This document shows, piece after piece, positions 43,701-51,903 of a DNA stretch of 62,589 nucleotides. Within the stretch, counting starts at the first letter, position 1, and each line of letters starts with the position of its first letter. This DNA comes from a virus (lineage: Duplodnaviria > Caudoviricetes), in the IMG/VR virus record IMGVR_UViG_3300046167_000817, positions 1 through 62,589 of that record; one strand, 5' to 3'. Below the pieces are notes generated by a model. That model was given only the letters and a program-made list of their open reading frames with translations, was not told the DNA's origin and ran no database searches. A program made the position numbers and the translations under genes.

Positions 43701-46700
43701 CAACAAAGAGTTGTAAGGGAAGGAGCCGGCGGGTCTTTAATTCAGTTTGCTCAATCACAAGAAGGTAAACAACAATTAAAAGTAATTCCCGAGCAGGAAA
43801 TTAAAGGGTCTATAAAAGCAAAAGATATTGATCAAGCTTATACAGACGGCAAAAGTCCTTTTGAAATATCAGAATTATATAGAGATTTAGTTGAAGTATT
43901 AGCAACAAAATATGAAAATGTGCCCGGTTATAATACTTTTAAAGAAGACCTAATACAAAATACTTTAACAGAAAAAGGGGGAGCCATAGACCTTATAAAC
44001 GATTTTGATGGTAGAGGTAAGCTATCTGGATGGGTAGGTAGGTTTTTACCTGAAAGAATGAAAAAAGTAGCTAAAGATCTTTTTCCTGATAAATTTGCAG
44101 AAAATGTAGACGCAAGAGTGGATGTTGCAAGCCAAGAAACTTTACAAGAAGAAGTTGAAAGAAAAGAATTAGAAAAAACAGAAATACAAGAAGCTAAAGC
44201 GCAAGAAACAAGAAACGTATTAGACAGGCTAGGTCTTTCTAAAAATTTAAAAGGAGTTGCTCTTGAAGCCGCTACTAAAACATTAAGCACTATACTGCCT
44301 CAAATACAAGAAAAAAAAGGTAAAAACTTTAGAGAAAAATATAAAGTTGACGTAAGAAATTTAATTTATGATGATGTTGAAATGGAATTTAACTCATATA
44401 ACGAAAAACAATACTTTAATAAAATAAATGAAGGACCTACTCAACCAGGAGATAAATCTTATGCAGAAAAAATATATGATATAATACCATTACAAGATTT
44501 AGTAAAGAGTCAGTTTGCAAAACCTTTGTTTACAGATCAAGTATTTGAAGCAGACGGTAAACCAAAAAGAGTAGATGAAAGTTTTACAGGTAAAAAAACA
44601 GGTGCTGGTAATTTTGTATATAATAAAAGACCTTGGTCTGAAGTTAAAAGTATATTTTTAAATGAATTTGGGGAAAAAAATAAAAACTCAACTCAAAGAA
44701 AAAAATTTATTATAAATACTATTGCAAAAGAATTAGCGTTTGACGAGTCAATGCAAGCTTTAAAAAGTGAAAGCGTTCAAGAAAAATTACCATTAACTCA
44801 AGAGGCTGAAATTAAATTGTTTAATGAAGAGTTTGAAAGAAATATTGAAAGAGGTAGGTTTACTAAATATAGCGTACGTGCCGGAAAACATTTACAAAAA
44901 TTTCCTGAAAATCAAAATATATTATTTAATACAATAGGAAAAGCTTTAACAAAGGTAACGCCTTCAAATACTTTTTCAAGTTTATTTATTCCTTTAGCTA
45001 AAGATGCAAACATACCTAACTTATCTATTGAAGATATAATTACAATTGCATCGGAACTAGAAGTTTCAATGGGTTCTAATAAACTTTACAATGAGGACGG
45101 CTTAGGGCAAACATATGAAAACATTTTCGGCCTTGATACAGAAAGAGGACAAAGAATAGGCGCAAACCCACAAGTTAAAGACAACACTTTTACGGAAAGT
45201 GAAAAAGATATTAATTTAGGTTTATTACAAAAACATTATAAAAACTCAGGGCTGGCTTCTACACTAGCTCATGTATCTTTTTCAGATAATAATGGATTGG
45301 GTAGAATGTTAAATATTAAAACTGATAGTTTTCCTGAAATAAAAGAATATTTAAAAGAAAACAACATATTAGACGCAATAAATTCAGCGCCAATAAATTC
45401 TGATATAAATTCAACTTCTGGCGATAAAAAAGCAAAAAGAGTAAGAGAGTATATAAAAAGCGGTATAGTTGAAAAAACAAAAGATTCTGATAGATATGTA
45501 GATCAACTTAATGAAAGAAAAAAAGATATTGAAAAACAAATGTTTAAAGTTGATTTAAACTACAGAAATGAATTAAATAAATTAGAAGAAGGCTCTCCTG
45601 AAAAAAGAGCTTTGTTAGAGGAGTTTCAATCTCATAGAGATTTAATGGCGTTTGTTACAAACTCTTTATATACGGGAGGAGTAGGACAAAATAATTCAAG
45701 GACACATTCAAGAGGAGCAACATATACAGCGGGAGTAGCTTTATACGAAGCAAACGGGGAATACTATTTTGAACATATTCCATCTAATTCTACTAAACAT
45801 AAAAAACAGCCAGAGATATATAAGAAACTTTTAAGTGCTACTACTGAAAGTGAAATAGATAATATTGTTGAAGAAAGTAATAACTCTTTTCAAAAAGAAT
45901 CGACTGGTTTATTTTTAGAAAATAGATGGAAAAGAATTTTTACCGCAAAAGGAAACACTGAAATTCAAGGATCAATATACGGTAATATAAATATAACAAC
46001 TGTTGAAAAAGCTATAACAGCTGCTAAAAAACAAAAAGATCAAAAGTTTTTAAATTGGGTTACAGATGAAAAAGGTAATACTAGAGAAGTAAGTGATCTA
46101 AGAAAAGAGTTAGCTGCAAAAATTAATGCGACAGAAGGGCAGCAACAACGTATAGAAGATTTAAAAGCTAAAGGTGTTGATGTTTCAACAATAGATTATC
46201 AAGCTTACCTTAACGAAAAAGTTGAAGCTGATAAAGCAACTAATGAATCAATTACTGTAAAAAGTTCACTTCGTTCTAAACAAATATCAGACATGATAGA
46301 TGGATTAGACACTCGAGGTAGGGGGAAAAGATCTCAGCAAATTAAATCTGGTAAAAACACAGAAGTAACTGCTAAAAGATTATCTGAAAAAGCCGGGCTA
46401 AACTTTAGAAATAAATGGAATTTATGGCTGCCGTACGAAGCTGAAGATTTTTATGGGTTAATACAAAAAATTGCAAGAAGCGGTAAAGTTGGAGAGCAGG
46501 ATATAGAGTTATTAAAAGAAGAGCTTATAGACCCTTATGTACAGGGTGTTTTAAATATAGATTCTCAAAGAAAAGGCATTACAGACACTTTTGATTTAGC
46601 CTTAAAGCAATTAAAAAATATAAATTCAAACATAAAGCTAAATAAAACGATTAAGCAAGAAAATTTAAACTTGTATACTAATGAAGATGCTGTAAGAATA

Positions 46701-48488
46701 TATTTATGGGACAAGGGGGGATATAAAATATCAGAACTTCAAGATAATGATTTAAGAAATATAAAATCATATATGAATGCAAACCCTGAATTAAAAGAAT
46801 TTGCAGAAAAAATAAATATTTCTTTTGGGAAAGAAGGCTATCCTGCTCCTGAAGCTAATTGGGACTCAGGAAATATAGCAATAGATTCGCGCAACATGTT
46901 AAATAAAACCGCACGCCCTAAATTTTTAAAACCTTGGCTTGCTAATGTAGAAAAACTTTTATCTCCTAAAAATAAAAATAAATTACTAGCAGCATTTGGA
47001 TCAGATTACGTTAAAGAATTAGAAGACACAGTTAAAAGAGCAAAATCTGGAAAAAACAGAATAGAGCAAACAGGTATTGGAGCTAAATATGTTAATGCGG
47101 GAATGGATTATATAAATGATTCTGTTGGAACTATTATGTTCTTTAACTCTCGTTCTGGTATATTACAGATGATTTCATTCACAAACTATATAAACTATAG
47201 TGATAATAATATTGTAGAATATGGTAAAGCTGTAGCAGATACAAAACAATTTGCTGCGGATGTAAAAGAATTGTGGAATTCAGATTTTTTAATAAACAGA
47301 AGAGGAGGTAGTACTTGGAATATACAGGAAGCGGAAATTGTAGAAGCTTTAAATACTGGAGACAATAAAACTAGAAATTTATTTACTTTAATGAGAAGAT
47401 TCCAAAGAAAAACATTACAAGCAGGATTTATACCAACTAAGTTTGCTGATAGTGCGGCTATTGTTTTAGGAGGAGCCCCAATGTATCGTAACCGTATTAA
47501 TTCATATTTAAAACAAGGTATGAGTGAAAAAGAAGCAAAAGAAAAAGCAATGTTAGACTGGAAAAAACTAAGTAATACTTCTCAGCAAGCTTCAGACCCA
47601 TTACGTGTTTCTAATATACAGTCAGGTCCTTTAGGTAGATTTATTTTTGCTTTTAACAATGTGTTATTTCAATATAATAGATTAGCTAAAAGAGAACTTA
47701 CTGATTTAAAGAAAGGTAGAAGAGTTAAAAAAGAAGATGGCACATATATGAATAAAGGTAAAAGTGCTCTTGTAAGAATGAGTAAAGTAAGTTATTATTT
47801 AGTAGCACAAAATGCTGTTTTCCAAGGTTTACAAAGTGGTTTGTTCGCGTTAGCTTTTGCTGGTGAAGACGATGAAGCAAATGAAAAACAAAAAGAAAAA
47901 AGAGAAACCCTTGTTGCTAGACAGCAAATACAAGCCGCAAATGGTATGGTAGATGCTTTACTAAGAGGGTCAGGTCCTATAGGGGCACTACTTTCAATGG
48001 CAAAAAACTACGGGGTAGCAGTGCGAGAGCAAAGAGGTTTAACTAGCGCTTGGCAGAAAAAAGGAGGAACAGAAGAAACTGTATTAGAAGTAACTACTTT
48101 GTCTCCGCCTGTAGATCATAAAATAAGAAAGCTTTCAAACTTTACTTCGTTTGCAACAAAAAACAATACATACGAAACATTTTTATCTCCTTCAGTAGAA
48201 GCTACAGCTGAAGTATTAGCGCTAGGTAATATACCTGCGGATAGACTTTTAAGAAAAGCAGAAAACTTATATAATGCCGCAACAATTGAAACTACTGCTT
48301 TTAATAAAATATTATTAGCGGGTGGTTGGAACGCGTGGAACTTAGGTCTAGAAGGAACTAAGTTTTATGATAAAGAAGGAAACTTTAAAGGCTTTGGCCC
48401 TCATGCAAAAGAAGGCGACGACGAAGGAAGAGTATTAAAAGAAAGAGTATTAAAAGAAAGAGTATTAAAAGAAAGAAAAGTTAAATAG
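40719..48488 (+). CDS. Giant multidomain (polyvalent) ejection protein with zincin HEXXH and sigma-70 region-2-like domain
   Basis: 2589 aa; hydrophobic Gly/Ala-rich stretch at ~aa 470-650; AHELLHG at aa ~860; RDLVEVLATKY...EDLIQ...GAIDLINDFD...KLSGWV from aa ~1054; helical C-terminus. Confidence 0.75.
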   Translation: MKQFKYTVNGRTFLLPESEVQGFLQEFPNAQLIEEIDEAGGKQTGVPSQAASATPENVAAVTGLESGTSLSESQRLAAPIAQPVQEKSNINQLLQQKISDDNLNIEQQASLLFKIKSQDENIGFDKRTPEQKALDLQSGKDPFAEKLMLGLYKENNYDAAYENYVSNYDKTKNISTKYLNSTGIDPFAPQIDSAAATAFAQTAVNNSKNNLGSNIDFEDNETLQGLREESIQSLHDNDKYLQQYLIPSIMQTSVIPQLEKQKKSLAEKYGLNDLTTFTPEAYEAAQVELNEIATDLFYDSLNTNPEYTKRRQAINQAVDNELQKDLTVQKRKELGLDEKNQFGESFLKSKKSIANTFNASTRALNDMEYQKDKAELARLEAGIADGSIKLTDKIRFGAPMATRTQLDSARLPIIQEQITVKEAIERYKGRRKDILNENAKLFEQYKAREYDLSFFNDYMDDINEADGMLQVVGAFLKNTPAIIAEQAPQLALALTGIGVFAQELGPTYFEGIKAKMETDGVEDTEENFLKYIEDGAGDGELAAAFAALSQGLESVGASTIAGYLFKDIGKQGIVSLFKLGAKEWVKTGGAKSLTGGMAKSGFTEFLTETFQTAGSQIAKGIAGGDATKYIDAKELFQSGQIGGYVGLVLPFAGNITRQTATDIRGAAARINALTDKDASINILDKLRKDIQLDIDNNIISQEEGQTKLAAVTDVINADQKIRKEITGEDKVKAVELQVEKQQIENEIKNLDEDVDKTDLESRKTEIINELNSLALKNIGKVTTEGAKKIAKSEGIGFQEFETTTDTQSFIEKEKAKGTQIEVSQSENYGFIIQDKKTGEQTIVLNKETAKEDNVVTTAAHELLHGVLKNTFTSSEIQTTLGRELAIELGNMDISNIVDSEYANRLNDYLALAKEKGGTAQQMGNAWEEGITLLSEGLLTNQIKYNETVFTKIGDFLRQALSQLGVKANFNTGRDVFNFVKDYNKSLVAGKLTAGQQRVVREGAGGSLIQFAQSQEGKQQLKVIPEQEIKGSIKAKDIDQAYTDGKSPFEISELYRDLVEVLATKYENVPGYNTFKEDLIQNTLTEKGGAIDLINDFDGRGKLSGWVGRFLPERMKKVAKDLFPDKFAENVDARVDVASQETLQEEVERKELEKTEIQEAKAQETRNVLDRLGLSKNLKGVALEAATKTLSTILPQIQEKKGKNFREKYKVDVRNLIYDDVEMEFNSYNEKQYFNKINEGPTQPGDKSYAEKIYDIIPLQDLVKSQFAKPLFTDQVFEADGKPKRVDESFTGKKTGAGNFVYNKRPWSEVKSIFLNEFGEKNKNSTQRKKFIINTIAKELAFDESMQALKSESVQEKLPLTQEAEIKLFNEEFERNIERGRFTKYSVRAGKHLQKFPENQNILFNTIGKALTKVTPSNTFSSLFIPLAKDANIPNLSIEDIITIASELEVSMGSNKLYNEDGLGQTYENIFGLDTERGQRIGANPQVKDNTFTESEKDINLGLLQKHYKNSGLASTLAHVSFSDNNGLGRMLNIKTDSFPEIKEYLKENNILDAINSAPINSDINSTSGDKKAKRVREYIKSGIVEKTKDSDRYVDQLNERKKDIEKQMFKVDLNYRNELNKLEEGSPEKRALLEEFQSHRDLMAFVTNSLYTGGVGQNNSRTHSRGATYTAGVALYEANGEYYFEHIPSNSTKHKKQPEIYKKLLSATTESEIDNIVEESNNSFQKESTGLFLENRWKRIFTAKGNTEIQGSIYGNINITTVEKAITAAKKQKDQKFLNWVTDEKGNTREVSDLRKELAAKINATEGQQQRIEDLKAKGVDVSTIDYQAYLNEKVEADKATNESITVKSSLRSKQISDMIDGLDTRGRGKRSQQIKSGKNTEVTAKRLSEKAGLNFRNKWNLWLPYEAEDFYGLIQKIARSGKVGEQDIELLKEELIDPYVQGVLNIDSQRKGITDTFDLALKQLKNINSNIKLNKTIKQENLNLYTNEDAVRIYLWDKGGYKISELQDNDLRNIKSYMNANPELKEFAEKINISFGKEGYPAPEANWDSGNIAIDSRNMLNKTARPKFLKPWLANVEKLLSPKNKNKLLAAFGSDYVKELEDTVKRAKSGKNRIEQTGIGAKYVNAGMDYINDSVGTIMFFNSRSGILQMISFTNYINYSDNNIVEYGKAVADTKQFAADVKELWNSDFLINRRGGSTWNIQEAEIVEALNTGDNKTRNLFTLMRRFQRKTLQAGFIPTKFADSAAIVLGGAPMYRNRINSYLKQGMSEKEAKEKAMLDWKKLSNTSQQASDPLRVSNIQSGPLGRFIFAFNNVLFQYNRLAKRELTDLKKGRRVKKEDGTYMNKGKSALVRMSKVSYYLVAQNAVFQGLQSGLFALAFAGEDDEANEKQKEKRETLVARQQIQAANGMVDALLRGSGPIGALLSMAKNYGVAVREQRGLTSAWQKKGGTEETVLEVTTLSPPVDHKIRKLSNFTSFATKNNTYETFLSPSVEATAEVLALGNIPADRLLRKAENLYNAATIETTAFNKILLAGGWNAWNLGLEGTKFYDKEGNFKGFGPHAKEGDDEGRVLKERVLKERVLKERKVK
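48429..48476 (+). repeat. Perfect 15-bp tandem repeat x3 (AGAGTATTAAAAGAA; RVLKE)
   Basis: Directly visible at the 3' end of the giant gene. Confidence 0.95.
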
Positions 48489-48494
48489 TATACT

Positions 48495-48956
48495 ATGAAC
48501 GACATAAGTAAACATATATCATATAGAGAAGGCGTTTTATCAAATACCGCTACTCGATTAAATATTGACAACATACCAGATAATTACCAGCTAGCAAACA
48601 TGGAGGCTATAGCTTTAAACATATTTGAACCATTAAGAGATTGGGTTCGTGGTCCTGTAAAAATAAATTCATTTTTTAGATCAGTAGATTTAAATACAGC
48701 AATAGGGGGAAGTAGCAGATCACAACACTGCGAAGGAAGAGCAATTGATATTGATGATACATTTGGATATAAAACAAATGCAGAAATGTATAATTATATA
48801 AAAGACAACTTAAATTTTGATCAACTTATATGGGAGTTTGGCAATGATACAAACCCTGATTGGGTGCATATAAGTTATGTTTCAGAGGATCAAAATAGAA
48901 AGCGTTGTTTAAAAGCAGAAAGAAAAGATGGGAAGGCAGTGTATAGCATTATATAA
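48495..48956 (+). CDS. Peptidase M15 family endolysin
   Basis: INSFFRS..LN.AIGGS.RSQH..G.AIDI and WVHISY zinc-binding motifs. Confidence 0.9.
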   Translation: MNDISKHISYREGVLSNTATRLNIDNIPDNYQLANMEAIALNIFEPLRDWVRGPVKINSFFRSVDLNTAIGGSSRSQHCEGRAIDIDDTFGYKTNAEMYNYIKDNLNFDQLIWEFGNDTNPDWVHISYVSEDQNRKRCLKAERKDGKAVYSII

Positions 48957-49125
48957 AAAGCTTTTACTTGCTTGTGTGTTACTTACGTTTGTTTCTTGTT
49001 ATACTATTAAAAGTAGTGTTATAGGTTATCTTTCAGAAAAATACCCTTCTAAATATTGGCACGAGCAACAACGTATTAAAGATAGTATAAATAAAAAGGA
49101 GCACAAATCTGTGCCCCTTCTCTGA
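48928..49125 (+). CDS. Small putative lipoprotein after the endolysin
   Basis: KKLLLACVLLTFVSC lipobox-like sequence. Confidence 0.45.
   Translation: MGRQCIALYKKLLLACVLLTFVSCYTIKSSVIGYLSEKYPSKYWHEQQRIKDSINKKEHKSVPLL
49093..49119 (-). terminator. Hairpin at the convergence of the two arms
   Basis: AAGGAGCACA-aatc-TGTGCCCCTT preceded by an A run (U tract on the minus strand). Confidence 0.55.
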
Positions 49126-49148
49126 CTAATTAATATGAAAAAAACTAA

Positions 49149-49349
49149 TTAAGATTCTTTTTTACTTTCTTTTTCATTCTCTTCCTTAAGCGTTTTAACC
49201 GCTTTTTCATACCCTTCCATTCTTTTTATAACTTCTAATGTTCCTATAGTCATGTTTTGAGTTCTAATTACTTCTCTAATGAGTTGATCTACTGTTTCCT
49301 CTAAACGTTGTAGATTACGCGCCATTAAAATTAATTTATTTTCCTTCAT
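49149..49349 (-). CDS. Hypothetical coiled-coil protein
   Basis: 66 aa, last gene of the minus arm. Confidence 0.7.
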   Translation of the reverse strand: MKENKLILMARNLQRLEETVDQLIREVIRTQNMTIGTLEVIKRMEGYEKAVKTLKEENEKESKKES

Positions 49350-49536
49350 AACTTATACAGGTTGTAATTTCTTGTACTGTTTGCGTGCATATACCAAATT
49401 CGCATTCATTCATTAATTCTTCATCATGGTAATAATATTCATAACAATGATCTTCTTCGGAGGTGCATGATGCAACTATAATAAATAAAAGTATTACCAA
49501 TAAACATACAATGTAATCAACCACTTTCATTTTCAT
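49336..49536 (-). CDS. Small Cys-rich putative lipoprotein
   Basis: Hydrophobic signal ending IVASC. Confidence 0.6.
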   Translation of the reverse strand: MKMKVVDYIVCLLVILLFIIVASCTSEEDHCYEYYYHDEELMNECEFGICTQTVQEITTCISYEGK

Positions 49537-49778
49537 CTTGATTCATTCCTTAATAACAACTTGCCACTATATTCATCTATAGTTTTTATAAGTCTATATA
49601 TTTTTCTTGATTGTATTTTTATATTTTCAATTTCACTTTTACTAGACTCTTTACCTAAATTACAATACAAATCTGCATCAATGGCCAACAGCGTGTCAAC
49701 TTTACGCCTTTTTGACCAACTTGTGTAAGCTACAATTTTTTCTATATCGTCTATTGTGTATGGCATTTTATGCTTCAA
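49533..49778 (-). CDS. Hypothetical protein
   Basis: 81 aa, overlaps both neighbours. Confidence 0.75.
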   Translation of the reverse strand: MKHKMPYTIDDIEKIVAYTSWSKRRKVDTLLAIDADLYCNLGKESSKSEIENIKIQSRKIYRLIKTIDEYSGKLLLRNESR

Positions 49779-50190
49779 TTAACTCTAAGTTACGCATTTT
49801 ATCTAACTCTTGCTTAGTTTTATAGTATTTTTCTTTAAGTATTATGTGATTCATAAAGAGCTCTTTGTATCTTTGTTCAACAGTCATGTTAAGATGAGGA
49901 TTAGCAAAATCGTATCGCTGCTTTAGTTTAAGCCTAGCCTCGTTATATATTGAAAGATATATATCTTCTCCCCAATCTTTAAAATTTTTAAATAATTTTA
50001 AACCATGCAATACGGAAGCATGATCTTTATCTATTACCGCCCCAATATCTGTTAATGCATATGGCGTAAGGTCTCGACATAATCTAAAAAATACCGCTCT
50101 TTGATACACATTATGTCTTTGTCTATTTTTTTTACTAAAGTCATTTTGAAATAGGTCTATTAGTATACTTTTAATTTGATTTAATTCCAT
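49768..50190 (-). CDS. Protein with DnaA domain IV-like HTH
   Basis: R.R..V.QRAVFF.LCRDLT.Y.L.DIG....KDHASVLHG parallels the DnaA C-terminal signature (SL..IG..F..RDHTTVLHA). Confidence 0.75.
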   Translation of the reverse strand: MELNQIKSILIDLFQNDFSKKNRQRHNVYQRAVFFRLCRDLTPYALTDIGAVIDKDHASVLHGLKLFKNFKDWGEDIYLSIYNEARLKLKQRYDFANPHLNMTVEQRYKELFMNHIILKEKYYKTKQELDKMRNLELIEA

Positions 50191-50191
50191 A

Positions 50192-50347
50192 TTATTTTTT
50201 ATAAATTGTTAAACAAAAATCTACAAGAGGCAAATATAACACATGATCATCATATCCCCCCATCCTATAACTACGTAATCCTATTAATATTCCAGGGTAA
50301 AACCCAATATGTATTTCCCAATTAGTGTTGTTTTTATTTTTAGTCAT
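50192..50347 (-). CDS. Small hypothetical protein, apparently frameshifted near 50265
   Basis: MTKNKNNTNWEIHIGFYPGILIGLRSY continues in another frame as ..DGGYDDHVLYLPLVDFCLTIYKK, ending just before the next start. Confidence 0.45.
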   Translation of the reverse strand: MTKNKNNTNWEIHIGFYPGILIGLRSYRMGGYDDHVLYLPLVDFCLTIYKK

Positions 50348-50513
50348 AAATTTTTACTTCGTGTTTATCTTGAATTGCTACTAACTCGTGCCATTTTAAA
50401 TAGCCTCTGCTTTCCATAGCCCAGTTAGTGTATTTATCTATTTGTCTTTCTTTATATTTTTGCCTCGCTATTGCTTTTGAGACTCTAATATTAGCTTCAC
50501 TGTTTTGTCGCAT
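50340..50513 (-). CDS. 57-aa hypothetical protein (..IARQKYKERQIDKYTNW..)
   Basis: Not in the ORF track; fills the gap. Confidence 0.6.
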   Translation of the reverse strand: MRQNSEANIRVSKAIARQKYKERQIDKYTNWAMESRGYLKWHELVAIQDKHEVKIYD

Positions 50514-50920
50514 TCTTTTTGGTTTTGGGGTTTGTAAAGTACAATACCCGGAAGTTGTTGTGTGATATATTTTTTAAACAATTTCCACCGCATAGAAAAC
50601 GTTTCGTTTGCACGACCTTTACATTCAATTATAAATCCCTCACCTTCAAAGTCAGGAGTATATTTTATTGATTGTATTTTTTTAACACCTCTGTTTTTAA
50701 ATTCACCTTTAGCGTTTGCTGTTCTTTCATAACTTTCATTATTAAAGTAAAATTCAGGAATTAAAACAAAAGTTCTTTTTTCATACTTAGCCTTAATACT
50801 ATTTTGCTTTAATGCAATATACATATATTTTTCTAAACCCGAAGCAAATTTAATCCCATCATATGTAACTTTTTTAGATACAACAGGGCCTCGTTTTTTA
50901 CTCCGTCTTATTCTTTTCAT
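50468..50920 (-). CDS. PD-(D/E)xK endonuclease (T7 endonuclease I / Holliday resolvase-like)
   Basis: FASGLE, YTPDF...IIECKG. Confidence 0.85.
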   Translation of the reverse strand: MKRIRRSKKRGPVVSKKVTYDGIKFASGLEKYMYIALKQNSIKAKYEKRTFVLIPEFYFNNESYERTANAKGEFKNRGVKKIQSIKYTPDFEGEGFIIECKGRANETFSMRWKLFKKYITQQLPGIVLYKPQNQKECDKTVKLILESQKQ

Positions 50921-51158
50921 TGTAATGTTTTAACAGTGCTTCTTGTAAATCATCTGTTAATATAGACTTAAGCTTTTCTATATAGTTAACAGCATCCATA
51001 AGCTCTTCTTGTATGTTTTCAAGCCATTCGTTAATTGACTTACTATCTTCATCAAGTGTAACTTTATATTTATCAAAACCCACATTAGATCTTGATATAA
51101 ACTTTTCTACTACTTTTTGTATGATAGGGTCTCTAAAATCGTATCCTCTTTTACTCAT
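50898..51158 (-). CDS. Small all-alpha NTP-pyrophosphatase-like protein
   Basis: G..KY..TL and WLENIQEELMDAVNY acidic motif. Confidence 0.6.
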   Translation of the reverse strand: MSKRGYDFRDPIIQKVVEKFISRSNVGFDKYKVTLDEDSKSINEWLENIQEELMDAVNYIEKLKSILTDDLQEALLKHYNEKNKTE

Positions 51159-51903
51159 CTTTTACAAATGTTCCGTTAACCATTTTACCTTTTCTATTTT
51201 TAATTTCTTGATAAGCTTGTTCAATACACTCTTCTATGTTAACACCTAAGTGTTCAGATAAATTAGTTAACACAACAACACAATCCCCAATAGCATCTAT
51301 TGTTTCTTGCTTATCTTCTTTTAATACAGCTTCAGAAAGCTCTCCTGTTTCTTCATACAGCTTCAACAGCTGCGTTTTAATATCCCCATGAGTATATATG
51401 TTTCTTTCTTTAGCCCAGGCTCTTATACGATCAAATATATTTCTTCCATTTGTTTGGAATAAAAATTCTTCATAGTAAGCTTTATTATATATAAAACATT
51501 TTTCATTATTAAACATAGACTTTTTAGCATTTGCTAATATCCATATTCTTGTTTCTTCTGTGTTTTTAAATTCACCCAATGTAGTTTCCCATGTCATGCC
51601 GTCGTTTTCTATTAAGGCATCCTCTAAATGAACACGCGGGCAGGGAAAGGTAGTCGTTTGTTCAGTAATATTAATTTTCATTTCTTTTTTAGTCTTTAAT
51701 AATTTATTATATGGAGTTATATCCACTTTGTACCCAAACTTTTTTTGAAGTTCTCTTTCTTGATCTGATATAAAATCTATATCGTCAGAGCTGAGTAAAA
51801 TTTCATACTCACCTGATTTGTAACCTTGTGTTTTAGTTACGCGTTTTAATAGGTTTGTTGTTACTCCTATTTTTTTTCCAGGAATGTGATATAAGTAATA
51901 CAT
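51151..51903 (-). CDS. MazG-like nucleotide pyrophosphohydrolase with N-terminal GIY-YIG-like domain
   Basis: C-terminal KLYEETGELSEA...DAIGDCVVVL...IKNRKGKMVNGTFVK; N-terminal YYLYH...KIGVT.NL.KR. Confidence 0.8.
   Translation of the reverse strand: MYYLYHIPGKKIGVTTNLLKRVTKTQGYKSGEYEILLSSDDIDFISDQERELQKKFGYKVDITPYNKLLKTKKEMKINITEQTTTFPCPRVHLEDALIENDGMTWETTLGEFKNTEETRIWILANAKKSMFNNEKCFIYNKAYYEEFLFQTNGRNIFDRIRAWAKERNIYTHGDIKTQLLKLYEETGELSEAVLKEDKQETIDAIGDCVVVLTNLSEHLGVNIEECIEQAYQEIKNRKGKMVNGTFVKDE

Noticed and set aside
43990-44020. NDFDGR as an RNA polymerase DxDGD catalytic motif
   Set aside because: The third Asp is missing, and the context fits sigma region 2 (KFD..RG) better.
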